A DNA stretch of 57,006 nt, counting the filler, from Sphacelaria rigidula (lineage: Eukaryota): assembly GCA_964200075.2 (NCBI GenBank). It is 5 parts of 5 records of this genome, joined end to end, with 100 filler letters (N's around TTAATTAATTAA, not from the genome) between each part and the next. Parts side by side here need not be neighbours in the genome. Positions count along the whole stretch, not along the records: positions 11,424 to 22,745 come from CAXNAA020005066.1; positions 22,846 to 34,166 come from CAXNAA020005067.1; 3 more parts are not named here. One strand, written 5' to 3'. Under the pieces are notes generated by a model. The model saw nothing but the letters and a program-made list of their open reading frames with translations, searched no databases and had not been told where the DNA came from. Both the position numbers and the translations under genes were made by a program. Within the stretch, counting starts at the first letter, position 1; each line of letters starts with the position of its first letter. Below are positions 13,870 to 25,270 of this stretch, piece after piece.

Positions 13870-14170
13870 AAACACTGTTTTCGTGAGATTGAGAGTAGAG
13901 GATACGATTGAGAGTGAAAACGATCAATTAGTGAATGAATCGTTTCAGTTCCTAAATGCCCCTCCACGAGGCCCGATATGATTTCCGTACTAACTTGCCA
14001 CTGAGGCCCTTGAAATCCTTGAGTAGGATATCGGCGTGTATCTGTGAGCACACAGCAATGATAGAGGCAATGAATTGAACACACGGAATGAAAACTTGGC
14101 TATGTCAAAGCGAACGATCAAAGCCACTCTCAATCCACGCTGTACTCTTAATCTCACGAAAACGTTGTTT
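13870..14170. mobile_element. MITE family B (other copies at about 2285-2577 and, partially, 27400-27520)
   Basis: About 28-bp TIR AAACACTGTTTTCGTGAGATTGAGAGTA / TACTCTTAATCTCACGAAAACGTTGTTT. The internal AATGAATCGTTTCAGTTCC.AAATG.CCCTCCACGAGGCCCGATA is shared with 2342-2386. Confidence 0.8.
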
Positions 14171-14394
14171 ACAGTCCTAGTGTGCTGTTTTGCTGTGCAA
14201 TATATGTAAATAAGTACAGTCACATCGGGGTGAATCGCAATACAAGTATCATGCTGTATCATACATGTATGATATAGTGCATACCACCTGTATATTAGAA
14301 ACAAAATGGCAATAAACACAAAAACAGCTGGTTGTATTCACTGTATATATCAAGCATACTAGTACACGTATGTATATTTAACAATCAATCATCG

Positions 14395-14810
14395 AAATTG
14401 AGGACGGAGCTTTTCGTTGAGGGTGAGAACCCGGAGAATGAAAGTCTTCGTGTCCACACCAAATATTCGAAATATGGTTCCATTCCTCCACCTACTGATG
14501 GCTATTGACAAGTACTACACCTCATACAAAATGTAATTTCGATTACCGAAATGTTGGGGTCCTCGATGAAGAAATAATTGCGGGGACTTTAGGGGATCCA
14601 ATCTGATCACCGAAATTCCCCGAAATCGAGTGTTCACCTGGGACCCCACCATTTCGATAATCGAAATCCAAATTTGTATGGCGTGTCGTAGTTGTCAATA
14701 GCCACTAGTAGTAGGTGAAGGAATGGGACCATATTCCGAAGATGTGGTGTGGATACAAAGATTTAAGTTCTCCGGGTTCTCATCTTCAATGAAAAACTCC
14801 ATCCTCAGTT
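14395..14810. mobile_element. Foldback MITE family A, copy 2 (more diverged, outer ends missing)
   Basis: Inverted arms AAATTGAGGACGGAG.../...CTCCATCCTCAGTTT, colinear with 12575-12990. Confidence 0.85.
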
Positions 14811-15514
14811 TATATTATTCAGATCAGCCCTTATTTCACGGACAACAACACGGTTGTAGTACTCTGTATTCCAGCCACTGCAGCCGATCAAGCTTGAATC
14901 TCTGCAGGCGATCACTCGGGGCACTGCGGTGTAATACAGCGGTATAGAGGTATGCACTACCGCAGGTAGGTGCGTACCAGCAAATACATTGTCGAAGTCA
15001 TCGCTCAACCAGCGAGCACCTTTTTGTGCGCCGACAGTGGTCACCTTCCGATCATGTACTGTACCCTACACGATTACGTACTGACTGTCGTACCGTATTT
15101 TCTTGGCGGGGGAGGGAGGGGGGGAGTGGTGTGGGAGGGGGGGAGTGGTGAGGGAGGGGGGCATCTTTGCGTCGAGGGGCTGATGGGTCGGGACCAGTTC
15201 TTTATTTTCCAAGGCTGCAGTGTCGATGACAAATTTCTCATCCGCCGAGCCCCTTGCTTCTTTCAATATCTTATCCTTATTATCACTCCGTTCTGAGCAA
15301 AAATTCTGAGTATCAATTTCCTGAAATCTGAAAAAAATGAACCTCGATCTCTTCACTGGTTATTTTTCAAGTGCTGTCGCCGCCTGTATGAATGAGCGTT
15401 ATATACTGTATCTACAACAAGCTCGTTTCAACAACCGTTACTGCTTTCAACGACAACTTGACTTGGAATTTCGGCCGAGAAGTGGCCCAAAATACGCCCC
15501 CCCCCTATCGTATG

Positions 15515-15790
15515 ATGACTCTTTACTCGCTGTGTCCCTGAGTAACTGCTCCCATCCTTCCACAATCTTCGCTTCTGCCCGATTTCTTTCCATTCCGGTA
15601 TTAACTATACCTGCGCGTTCCAACAGTTTGGAACATTTCACCGAATTTTTGGCCATCTCTTCTTGGAACTCTTGATGCGTTTCCTCCATATCTAGTTGAT
15701 CGATTCTCCATTTGTACAACTTCCTACCCCGCCTATTTCTTTTAGCTCTCGTCTGTTGGATTTCTGTCTATACTAGACAGTGATCTGTAG
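15515..15790 (-). mobile_element. Non-LTR retrotransposon (LINE) ORF2 linker fragment
   Basis: YKWRIDQL...EFQEEMA...IVEGWEQLLRDTASK resembles the segment between the AP endonuclease and RT of LINE ORF2. Recognised by eye; no catalytic motif is present. Confidence 0.45.
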
Positions 15791-15983
15791 TTCCCACGCC
15801 CTCCGGGCATGCATGTGCTGGAAAAAATCAATTTTATATTTGTTTACAAAATTAGCGATAGAATAAGTTACGGTTCAACATGAACAGCAACATCAGTAGC
15901 AAGTAGAACATTCAGTACGAACGAGTTTTGACCGTAGGGCTACTCGTACGTAGAATTGATGAATGGATAGGTCGAACTGTTAA

Positions 15984-16483
15984 TGTCAGAATGGTGAAGA
16001 GCTTGACTCGAAGAGTCTATAGTATCAAGCGTTTGTGGATGCAGAGTTCATGGTCATATAATTCAAGTCGTACAGTTTATAGTACGAAATGTTTTGTTTA
16101 GATAGGGCAGTTTTTTTAGATACAAACTCGTGGTCACTCTCTACTTTTCTCCACTCAATCAAGCCTATCAGCTTGTTATTGGTTTCTGTGTTAATAAGGA
16201 ACCAAGTGTTCTATTGGGTTTATTCGGCCGAGTGAAGCGCCAACTGTCAAACATTTTTTCTTGTTGAATTGCGCAGCAAGCAAGTGTTTTTAACAACACT
16301 GTGCAGCCTCTGCGAGCTTTCTTGTCAGAGCGGGATTCTGTGACGAAATTACGCCGTTACGTTGAGTTGGTAGTGATGATCTGGACAATGACCGTTGGTT
16401 GTGATTATCTGGATAATGACCGGGGACACTAGGTTGATACCCTGGCGTGCCTAGGAGGCTGTGCCTACGAGGGCACTCCGACA
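15984..16483 (+). mobile_element. Candidate 5' LTR of a second LTR retrotransposon
   Basis: Starts TGTCAGAATG and ends CACTCCGACA (8/10 inverted match). It is followed after 3 nt by TGGT (PBS-like, 16487) and then a gag-like ORF. Confidence 0.6.
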
Positions 16484-16890
16484 ATATGGTATATTGTAAA
16501 GGTTGACAACTGAAACTGAGGCCAGTAAGACTGGGGAGTGCCTCAACAGCAGTGATCCAGCAGTTCTTCCACTAGCTGGTGTCACGATATCGATATTAGT
16601 GCCAGTGTTAGTGCTAGAAACCTGCTGGAAAGGATTTCAGTAGGAGTCTGTTAGATGTGGAAACCTGATAACCCACGGGCGCGTGGAGAGGGTTCCAGCT
16701 GAGGCGGCTGCAGAAAGGCGGCTGGCCTGTGATTGATCCAGACTGGAGACTTGCTCAAGCTGCGTGCAGCGGGAGTTTGGAGGCTCCTACGATTGTGTGG
16801 TGCGGCGACGAAGCAAGGAAAGTGCGATTCGCGAAGGTCCGCTAGGCTGGAAAAAGTTCGCAGATAGCCGCTTACAGCTATACGACACCC

Positions 16891-17370
16891 GTGGTCATGC
16901 GTGAAGAGTTGCGACGTCCCCAATACGGGAATAAGTGCTCAGAGAGTGCATCTCGCACGTTTATTACGAAGTACTTGGAGTATAAGAAGCGTGCCAAGGA
17001 CGCTAACGCAGAGGGTGCAGTGCGGAATCAGGTGGTGCCAATGGCTGAACAAGCGCCAACTTATGTGCAGAGAGTGTTTGCTCGTTTGGAGAACAAAAAG
17101 ATCACAATCACCCCGCCGCAATTGGTTGCGGCGATCAGAAAGGATGCTGGGCATGCGGTGGGCACTTGCCACCGTTGTGGCCGGGTCGGCCATTACGCGC
17201 GCGATCGCCCAACGTCTACCGGTGGAGAGTCTGGGCAGTCTCATGCTGCGCGCCATCAGCATCGTGAGCATAAGGGCAAAAGACGAGGTAATCGTGGTGG
17301 CGGCGGCGGATCCTCCGGCGATGGAGGGTCGCAGTGGAGTCCCCAGCAGCAGCAGCAGCAGCAGCAGTGA
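16891..17370 (+). pseudogene. gag-like ORF with a degenerate zinc knuckle (internally deleted LTR retroelement)
   Basis: CHRCGRVGHYARDRP (CX2CX4HX4C with the last Cys changed to Arg) and a Gly/Gln-rich tail, downstream of an LTR-like unit. Confidence 0.65.
17344..17367 (+). repeat. (CAG)8 microsatellite at the junction of two retroelement fragments
   Basis: Read directly from the sequence. Confidence 0.9.
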
Positions 17371-17839
17371 TACCGCAAGTGAATGCGGTGCCGGCGATGC
17401 GGGTGACTGTTCTGGAGCTGTTGTCGGCGCTGCGGCTGTCGGCGTTGTCGGCGCTGCAACTGTCGGCGTTGTCGGCGACGGTGTCGGCGCTGTGGCTGTT
17501 AGTGTTGTCGGCGACGCGGCTGTCGACGTTGTCAGCGGTGTGGGCGGCACGGAGCCCCAGTCATCGATGAGATGTTAAACTGGGTTCCGTGAAATCCCCC
17601 GCCCCCCCCCCCACCTCTGCAAGAAGACGGCGAAGTCCCCCCCCGCCGATAGCGGAGGTCCGCGTTGTGGCGTCGCCTGCGCTCCTTTCAGAGTTCGGGA
17701 GCAAGAACGGCACGCGACGTGAACCGCGTGATGGAGCACGCGCCACCGGGGTTTGTTCCGCGGACTCGCGGCCGGCCGGATCTGCTTCGATCTGGTCATC
17801 CCTCGCTCCGCCGGGCGTCGAGATCGCTTGTTGTGGGGC

Positions 17840-18824
17840 GGGGCAAGGAGTAGGGGGAACAAACGCCCATGTTACGTACCTGATCGTGACAGTTTTCCCC
17901 GTTTCCGTCATCACTTGCACAGCATCGCGCGGGTATCCTGAGGCTGGACCAAGATACGAGCACCTCTGAAGTTTCCTCTGTAACTTGTCTGTCCTCTGAA
18001 CCCTACAAAACAGGGGTTTTAGAAAGGGAGAAGGTTGTTTGTCGGTGGTACTCCATGTCACATGTCATGTGACGTCTTATTGCCCGGATTAGCCGAGGTC
18101 GTAGTGCATTTCAAAGCATGCTATGCCCAGTTATCTTGTTCCGCCCACAGATTCTTGCCACTAAAAATATTCTGGTTCGCGTACATTTCAGATACCTGAA
18201 TTTTGGCCGCAAGTTCGGCCGACTCTATGATGCCGATTGCACGTTCCGCTACACCGATATACTGCGGGGAGTCGGCAGTTGTTTTCTCTTGCTTGATTCT
18301 TTCCTTATCGCATGGTTCTTCGAACGAACCCTCCGAGAATTCACCTCCACCATCACTTCGAACTCTCTCGATTTTCGCGGTTGAATCTCTGTGATGTACT
18401 TACTGAAGAATTGTTCGGCCTCGTCCTTTGTGCGTAGAAAATACACTCTAGTGTACCGGGAGTAGTCGTCACGAACCATCATCATGTATCACTTTCCACC
18501 CCGGGATCTAACTAGTTTTGGCTCTGTAAGATCAACAAACACTCTGGACGCGGGCTCAACTTCTCGTGTGTGAGTCGATCTTGGAATGGGCCGTCGCAGT
18601 CCTTTCGCTTTCGAGCATCCTCGGCACGGTCTCAACTTGCTGTGCAGCTCCACTCCGAGCTGCTGCGCTGTCTTCCGGAGCGGGTTCTCGTGGGCGTGCG
18701 TGTGGGAACAGCGGAAGTCGTTGATATCAAGACCTAGGGGTTTAGGTAGTTCCCCGGGGGCAATCACAGCGCATGCTGACGCATGCTTGTCATGACTAAT
18801 AGGATAGATGCGTTGGGCGTACAT
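17840..18824 (-). pseudogene. Copia integrase remnant (frameshifted)
   Basis: Integrase motifs are split over ORFs 18489-18824, 18249-18485 and 17561-18061. Confidence 0.88.
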
Positions 18825-18853
18825 TCACAGTTGTCTATGCTGACCGAGGATTT

Positions 18854-20053
18854 TCAGGGTGTTGGCTTCAACTCAACCCGGAAGCCGTTACTATACCCAA
18901 TGTAGGTGTGCCCTGCGTTTGAGATCCTGGTCAACGACAATAGATCATGATGGACGCAAGGTGCGTGGTCTACATTTTTCAAATGTAAAAATACATCACG
19001 CCCGTCAAATCGTAAAGTGAGAGTCAAACTACCTCTCCCTACGATCGGGTGGGTACCACCGCCCGTACACCGCAGTACCCTATCACTGCATTGTCTGTAA
19101 TCCTTCATCTTACTCGAATCAGGCGAAAAATGCGAAGTGGTCCCCGTGTCGAGCATCCGCGGTTCGCCCCCATCTGACTGCTCTGCACCCCCCACCCCAG
19201 TAACGAACGCACACTCGCCTGTTTTGTCTTCGGCCATCGACATGTCGATGCTGGCAAACGCTTCTGCATCAGCATCCGAACAGACAGAATCGTCGTCGCC
19301 GAAGTCTTCCACCACGCCCATCACCATCGCTGCGTCCTCTACAGTACTCTGACAGTCAATCAACTGGTGTCCTCCTTTACCGCACCTACCGCAATACCTG
19401 TCAGGACAGTCTCTCGCTCGATGTGCCGTCATCTTCTGACAAACGGGACATCGCCACGTCGTCGCAGCCCCCGATTGGCTCGTTGACGATAAAGTCGGCG
19501 ACTGGCTGCTTATGCCCTGGCGTCCGTCGCCTCCGCGACCTGGGTCCTGGGTCTTCCACGGTTTGCCTTCCCGGCGTGAGCCGTTAGGTTTGCCGCGTTG
19601 GCCCTTGACAGCAAAGGCCTGTTTACCTGAGGCAACCTTCTTTCTCTTGGCAACTTCCTGCTTGAAACGTGCCGGTTCGAAACGTTTTCGAACTGACGCC
19701 ACCACGATTTCCCTCGTGAGTGGCCCGCCGCGCTCCTTCAGCGCTTGCATCTGGAAATTATACTCACAGCGAAGTGCATTGACAAATTTGAGGAGGGTAT
19801 GCGCCTCCGTTAGGTTGATGGCAGTGTCGTGTGATGGCAACTGTCTCGTCGCTTTTTCCATCCCGATCAACTTTTGGATCGGATCATCACGAACGCCAAT
19901 CTTCACATGGTAATACTTGTCCAAAAATGTTAGCCTAGCCCCGATGGTCTTGGGACTGTAAAAATCATTCGAGTCACGCCACACAGCTGCAGGAGAGGGA
20001 ATCCGGAACAGAATATCTCGGTCTCGTTTGTCTTCTAGGCTCGTCACCAACAT
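18854..20053 (-). pseudogene. Copia gag-protease ORF remnant (399 aa open)
   Basis: Gag-like region, two CCHC-type knuckles and the aspartic protease motif LDTGTTSH, followed by VLRCTGGGTHPIVGRGSL...LKNV...LLSL. Confidence 0.88.
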
Positions 20054-20093
20054 CTGCCTTGCTCTGATGTTTGCAGCTACAGTGTCCTTTCTA

Positions 20094-20400
20094 ATTGATT
20101 GATTGATTGTCGCACTTTAACTGACCCCCCAGGGGTCCAGCCGTGGTCTCAAGAAAAACGAAACTGAAACACGCTCTGAGAAGAAAAAAAAAGGAACAGA
20201 AAAAAAAAGGAGGGGTCGAACAGAACGACATGGCAGACTAAGGCGTGACAAAAAAAACGTTTTAAAAAGTCAACACAAGCAAATCACAGAAAGAAATGGC
20301 CGACCTAAAACAAGAAAAAAGGAAAAGAAGAGGAAAGTACAAAGCAAATAAAATAAAATACATGTTTTACCTACAGAAAAATTACGACCACCCCCGTGTT
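20094..20400 (-). mobile_element. 3' end of a SINE/LINE with an (AATC)n tail, inserted in the copia gag region
   Basis: Minus strand reads CACGGCTGGACCCCTGGGGGGTCAGTTAAAGTGCGAC(AATC)3. The same terminus occurs at about 25290-25335 and 47645-47695. Gag-like coding resumes at 20416. Confidence 0.65.
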
Positions 20401-21266
20401 TCCCACCTCCACATCCTACGAACTATTTCCCGACATGGTGAATACCCAATCAACTGCGTCACTCCTTGCAAAATTGATGAGCTCGTGTTTGTCGTGGGAG
20501 AACTCTGAACTATCTTCAGAAAACTTCGGTCCAGAAGCCTTGAAAAGCGGCACCCCAGAAACATTTTGGAAGTTTAGTCTATCATGACCGAACACTGCGA
20601 CGGACTCACTTGCGGGGTCTGCACCCCTTGCTCCGTCGCTTGCAGTCATGTGGTCTCTCCCGCTCGGAGCTCCCTGTTCACCCTCGCGGCTACGTCTTCG
20701 TCCTCGAGGTGTGCTGTGGTTGGCTGAGCTGTCAGCCTGGTGGTGTTGTGTTGCTTAATCTTCTTTGCTTTCGATGATGACGCTCCACCGCGCGCCCCCG
20801 CACTCTTGATCTCCTATGCCATCAACTCTCGCCTCTAGTAGAGTTTGCTTTGACTCTACGTCCCTAACTAGATGATTCAATGTACTGAATTGACCGCTGA
20901 AATGGTTCATCATGTTCTCAATTTGATTTGCCAGTCCATCCATTCTCTCTACAGGAGACGAAGCGGTACCATCGTTCCTAGCCATACTTGCCTAATCGAT
21001 TGATCACTAGCGTATTCCTTGCCTCGGGAACAGGGTAATAGTTTTGTATCTTTTCTTAGAGAGCACCCAAGTAATACTGTAACGTGGGAGAGGGCTGATG
21101 AAGAGGGAAGCTGATGAGAGAGGTCGGGTGGGGGCAACGCGCGCACCGCGTTTTCCGTACTGTACCACAATTGCGCACACTTGACTGCCAGTACTCGTAC
21201 GTCACCCCGATCCCCTGTTCTACGTAGAACCAGCATGGTTGAGTATCTGAATCACTCGAATAAGAT

Positions 21267-21408
21267 TGTTGAACGTGAGTTGGCGCGGTGCGGGAGTACT
21301 GACGCAATGTGCGAGACCAAAATGCAAGGCGTGTACCGGGGAGTGATGGGTTGATCCCTTGGGACCACGACCTCGTCCCGAGAACGGGGAGGGGTTCGAA
21401 GTGCGACA
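21267..21408 (-). repeat. Candidate 5' LTR of the copia element
   Basis: On the minus strand it starts TGTCG and ends CAACA, upstream of gag. Its core matches 23110-23260 and 34110-34166. Confidence 0.5.
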
Positions 21409-23008
21409 AAAAAAGAAGTTAATAATAAATAGTAAAAGTAAATAACGTCGCCCATGGGCACGCGTTTTTTGTTCATATCGGCGCCCGTTTCCAGATCACC
21501 GCCAAATATAACCTCCTTGTCGAAATCGGGGCCTGCGGTGTCGATGTCAGGTCTGCCAACACACCCTTCGCCTGGGGGAACCAGTGCACCCTCCTCGCCC
21601 GAGGGTCTCGTATGCCTTGGGTCGGGGTTAGGGTTAGAGTTAGCCTTATTGTTCGTGCGCTCGAAAAAGTCAACCATGGATATACGACCAAAACGTTTAT
21701 TCAACGAAAACTTGAGGTCGCGTCTCGGCATCTGCGGTTTGTGAAACGAGTACAAATGTGAATAGTCTAGGCTAATGTGATGGAAATTGTAGACGGGTCC
21801 ATTCAAATAGGTCAGTCACGGAGGTGTAAGGTTTTATTAAGACGGTGCGGCAGTTTGGTTTGGATTCATTTTTTTCTTGACAGCCCCAAACGCTCCTCGG
21901 GGTGCACAGAATAGACGATAGACCTTGCCCATTTGTCGTACACAATGGCTGGTACATGATTTCACTTGATTTCAGAGTAAACACCGATGATATTCGGATC
22001 TATAGCCTCTGCCAGACGATCTAGAGAGGAGGACTTTCAACGAGGGAATCCTCCAGTATCACTGGCCTCGTGCTCGACAAGTCCTTTCTTTTAACTTGCT
22101 ATTACCACGGAGTGACCCAGAACAGATGACGAGCCAGACAGCAAGGGGCCACACAGGTAAGGGCCATCATATCTCCTGTCCTCTGCCACTGCTCCAATCA
22201 TGCATGCGATTATACTGAAACCCACGGCTTGGTTTCATTTGGCTACAGCACCCTCAAAGCGAGTTTAAGACAAACGAACGAGCTCAACAGCCTACAAAAA
22301 CCAAGGCGAAATCGCATGCGCCAGATCACAAAGAAACACAACACTCCGACGCTAATTTACTGGTCAGCGCTCGAGCCAACCGCAGTTTACGCAGTTCCTT
22401 CAAAACAAATCCAGGCGCAGAAGAATGAATCTTGCGAAGAGACTCTCACGTACGTTCTTCAGCACCGAACCCTTCCCAATCGACCAAAACAATGACATCA
22501 TCATTGTCATCCTCAGCGACTTGCACCAAAGCATTCATCCAACATTCACCTTGAGCATACGAGTGCTGAAATACACCTGTTATTTCCCCAGTAATGTGCA
22601 ACTACGAGTCAGCATAGAAACGCAAACGAGCGACATGGGTCGAGTGTACGGCGGACACTTTCTACGATAGCCCCCCCAAAAAAGTGCATGGTTTCGGGAG
22701 GCAAAATCTTCGCGGATATCGAAATGGGAAAAGCCGAGCACAACGNNNNNNNNNNNNNNNNNNNNNNNNNNNNNNNNNNNNNNNNNNNNTTAATTAATTA
22801 ANNNNNNNNNNNNNNNNNNNNNNNNNNNNNNNNNNNNNNNNNNNNATTGATTTATTGTCTGGTATCGCCACTTCCAGAGACAGCCACGGGTTATGCACTG
22901 CCTCACGTGTGTGTCACCATCTTAGTGGGTGTGGAGGGACGGTAGAAACAAAAATGGCGTTGGCACGTACAGCGACAGCGAACAAGGCTCCTTACCATTA
23001 GTATCGAA

Positions 23009-23309
23009 TGTTATTACCCAACCACTATGTATCGGTACAACAACAAATCGGCGTAGAAAAATCTGTATTTCACCGTCGAAAGCGTGTGTAGGAGAGTAAA
23101 CAAAACGTGGCTGAGTCGGTTTGTTCGACGAGAGTTGACGCGGTGCGGAAGCAGTGCTGACACAATCCGCGAGACCAACATGCAAGGCGTGTACCGGGGA
23201 GAGATGGGTTGATCCCGTGATATTTGAGATAACGGGCTCGTCCCAAGGAAGGGGAGGGGACTAGACCGTTTCTTACGGTTCGTATTTTCTACTCTTGGAA
23301 CACTCAACA
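23009..23309 (-). mobile_element. Solo LTR
   Basis: TGTTA...CAACA termini with near-duplicated flanks (cgaa/cgag). Shares ATGCAAGGCGTGTACCGGGGAG.GATGGGTTGATCCC with 21320-21360. Confidence 0.6.
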
Positions 23310-24529
23310 CGAGTTTTTCCTGCCAAACAGGGAATATCGCCATAACACATCTTGAGCATTTGAAAAAAGAATACCTTCAGGCATCCCATTTTAGTTTCCA
23401 CCCATACTTTTGTTCAGACGCAGTTCTCGAAAACCCGGAGCAAAGCAAATCGGAAACGTGGCCTAGACTCCTCTCGGTGGAGTGATGCAAAGCGTCCAAG
23501 ATGTGTGATGGCGGTAAGATGTGTGATGGCGGTATTCTCTGTTTCACTGCCAAATCCCGTGTCAAGTGTCCCGAAAGTGGGAAATATGTCACCCAAAGAC
23601 ACAAGCCGTAAGAAACTCTCTTAGACTGTGACAAAAAAAGGAAAACGTGAACATAATGTCGTTGTTAGTAGTCTGCGATCATGTCTTTATGCAAGGGTCA
23701 TCGTCTTGTACATTTATTTTCGCTCAACCTCCGACCTAGAACTACATACCTTACAACTATCATCACGTATTGAAAATCGCCGACTACAAACAAATGGCAA
23801 GATTCATTCGCCATACTCGGCCGGTGACTACTGCTGCACATGTACACGATACCGTGATGATAGCCATGACGCGCGGAATTCGCGCGGCAACAGTTTTTTA
23901 CGTGGAGGCGTTTGCCTTTCCGGTACCCCAAACTACTATGCCGAACTTCTCCCACAGGTGTGTCCGTGGAGCTTCCAACCAGGGGTCCGAATAGTTAAAG
24001 GGGGGGCTTTTCCGGTGTACTACTGTTCCATGTCGCTCAATTATTGTTCTCCCTTTGTCCATATACACCTCATCCCAAAAAAGATTTCAAAAAAACCACC
24101 TCACTTCACAGCAAACCCCAACAAACCCAAAATAGTATCATCTACAGTCTTGATTTGCCTGTAAAATCTTTGACGAGAAAACAGCGCAGACCTTCATTGT
24201 TCGGTGAAGATTTGCCTCTTTCGCCCATAACTCAAGCGTGTTCTTTTCTTCATCTAGGTAATGAATCAGGATCGGTTCTGCTTCCTCGTGCTGTCATTTT
24301 CCGCTGGTGAATGAAGCAGTTTTGGAAGCGCTTTTTACTTTTTTTTTGCCTCGGCATAGCGCATGAATTTGGACAATTTCGAGAACTTTTGATTTATTTT
24401 TTTGCCCTCAGCATTTATTTCAAGTTTCGTGCGCGTCCTCCGTTGTGTGAAAAAAGAGAGACTGCTCAAAGCCCTCCACCCCATGATATGTACACTGACA
24501 AAAGATACGCGGACAAGACGTGACGCGTC

Positions 24530-25270
24530 TCCCGATAAGCATGGTCCGGCGGAAAATTGGCGTGCTCCATCCCGGCTTCGTAGGGGTGCGAGATCAATGG
24601 TGTTGTGACTACGGCATGCCAAATCATGAGTACCCCCCACCCTCCCCCACGGTTAGACACACATGAGGCAGTGTAAAAGCTGGCTGTCTCTGGAAGTGGC
24701 GATAACACAAGATAAAGCAACTCATTGTAGGCTCTCATCCAAATGCAAGATAATCAATGGGCTTCAGGCCGAACAATCTTAGCAGGATGCAGCTCACTCT
24801 TCATCGACTCGCCGAACACACCACGGCGCTCCGCGCCCGGTGGTTTGAGTGCAAGCCTGGTCCGGCAAAAACCCGGCGCGCTCCGTCCCGGAATTGTAGG
24901 GATGCGAGGTCAATGGTCTCATGACTATGGCATGGATGATCATGAGTACCCCCCCCCCGGCCGTGTGTGAGTCGGCGTCGGGTGACAACACCGCTGTAAA
25001 ACACGCCACTCACTGTGTAAGCGATGCAACCAGGTTGCCGTTTTTTTCTCGCCTCTGCGTTTTTTTGCGGTAACTATGATGATGTGATTGTGGTCGAGTC
25101 AGACCATATATATTGTGTCGGGTGAAGAACCTCAACTCTACGCAAAAGGAATGATCGTACTACGTATTATACAGAGTTAGAACGCTAAGACACCCATAAG
25201 GCAGCGTAAACCGTGGCTGTGTCTGAAACTGGCCGTACCAGAAAATGAAGCAACTCATCGGAGGCTGTCC
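24530..25270 (-). repeat. Tandem composite of the modular G-run repeat family (modules also at 1-340, 22850-22915 and 25681-25890)
   Basis: 24660-24735 and 25190-25270 are reverse complements of 1-70. 25020-25180 matches 90-225. 24530-24648 and 24768-24960 match 285-340 and each other. Confidence 0.75.

Larger units (their letters stand above)
17371..21408 (-). mobile_element. Decayed Ty1/copia LTR retrotransposon, 5' part (LTR candidate, gag, protease, integrase; no RT/RNase H)
   Basis: Domain order is gag with two Zn knuckles (CPVCQKMTAHRARDC, CGRCGKGGHQLIDC), protease (MLDTGTTSHF), GAG-pre-integrase (CRGCSKAK), then integrase core (VFVDL...VRDDYSRYTRVYFL...VRSDGGGEF...SPQYIGVAERAI) and YLGPA...RYVTW. 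Protease before integrase is the copia order. There are multiple stops and frameshifts. Confidence 0.93.

Noticed and set aside
16901..17578. Long overlapping ORFs rich in V/G/A or P/T/A
   Set aside because: Low-complexity copia post-integrase spacer read in alternative frames.
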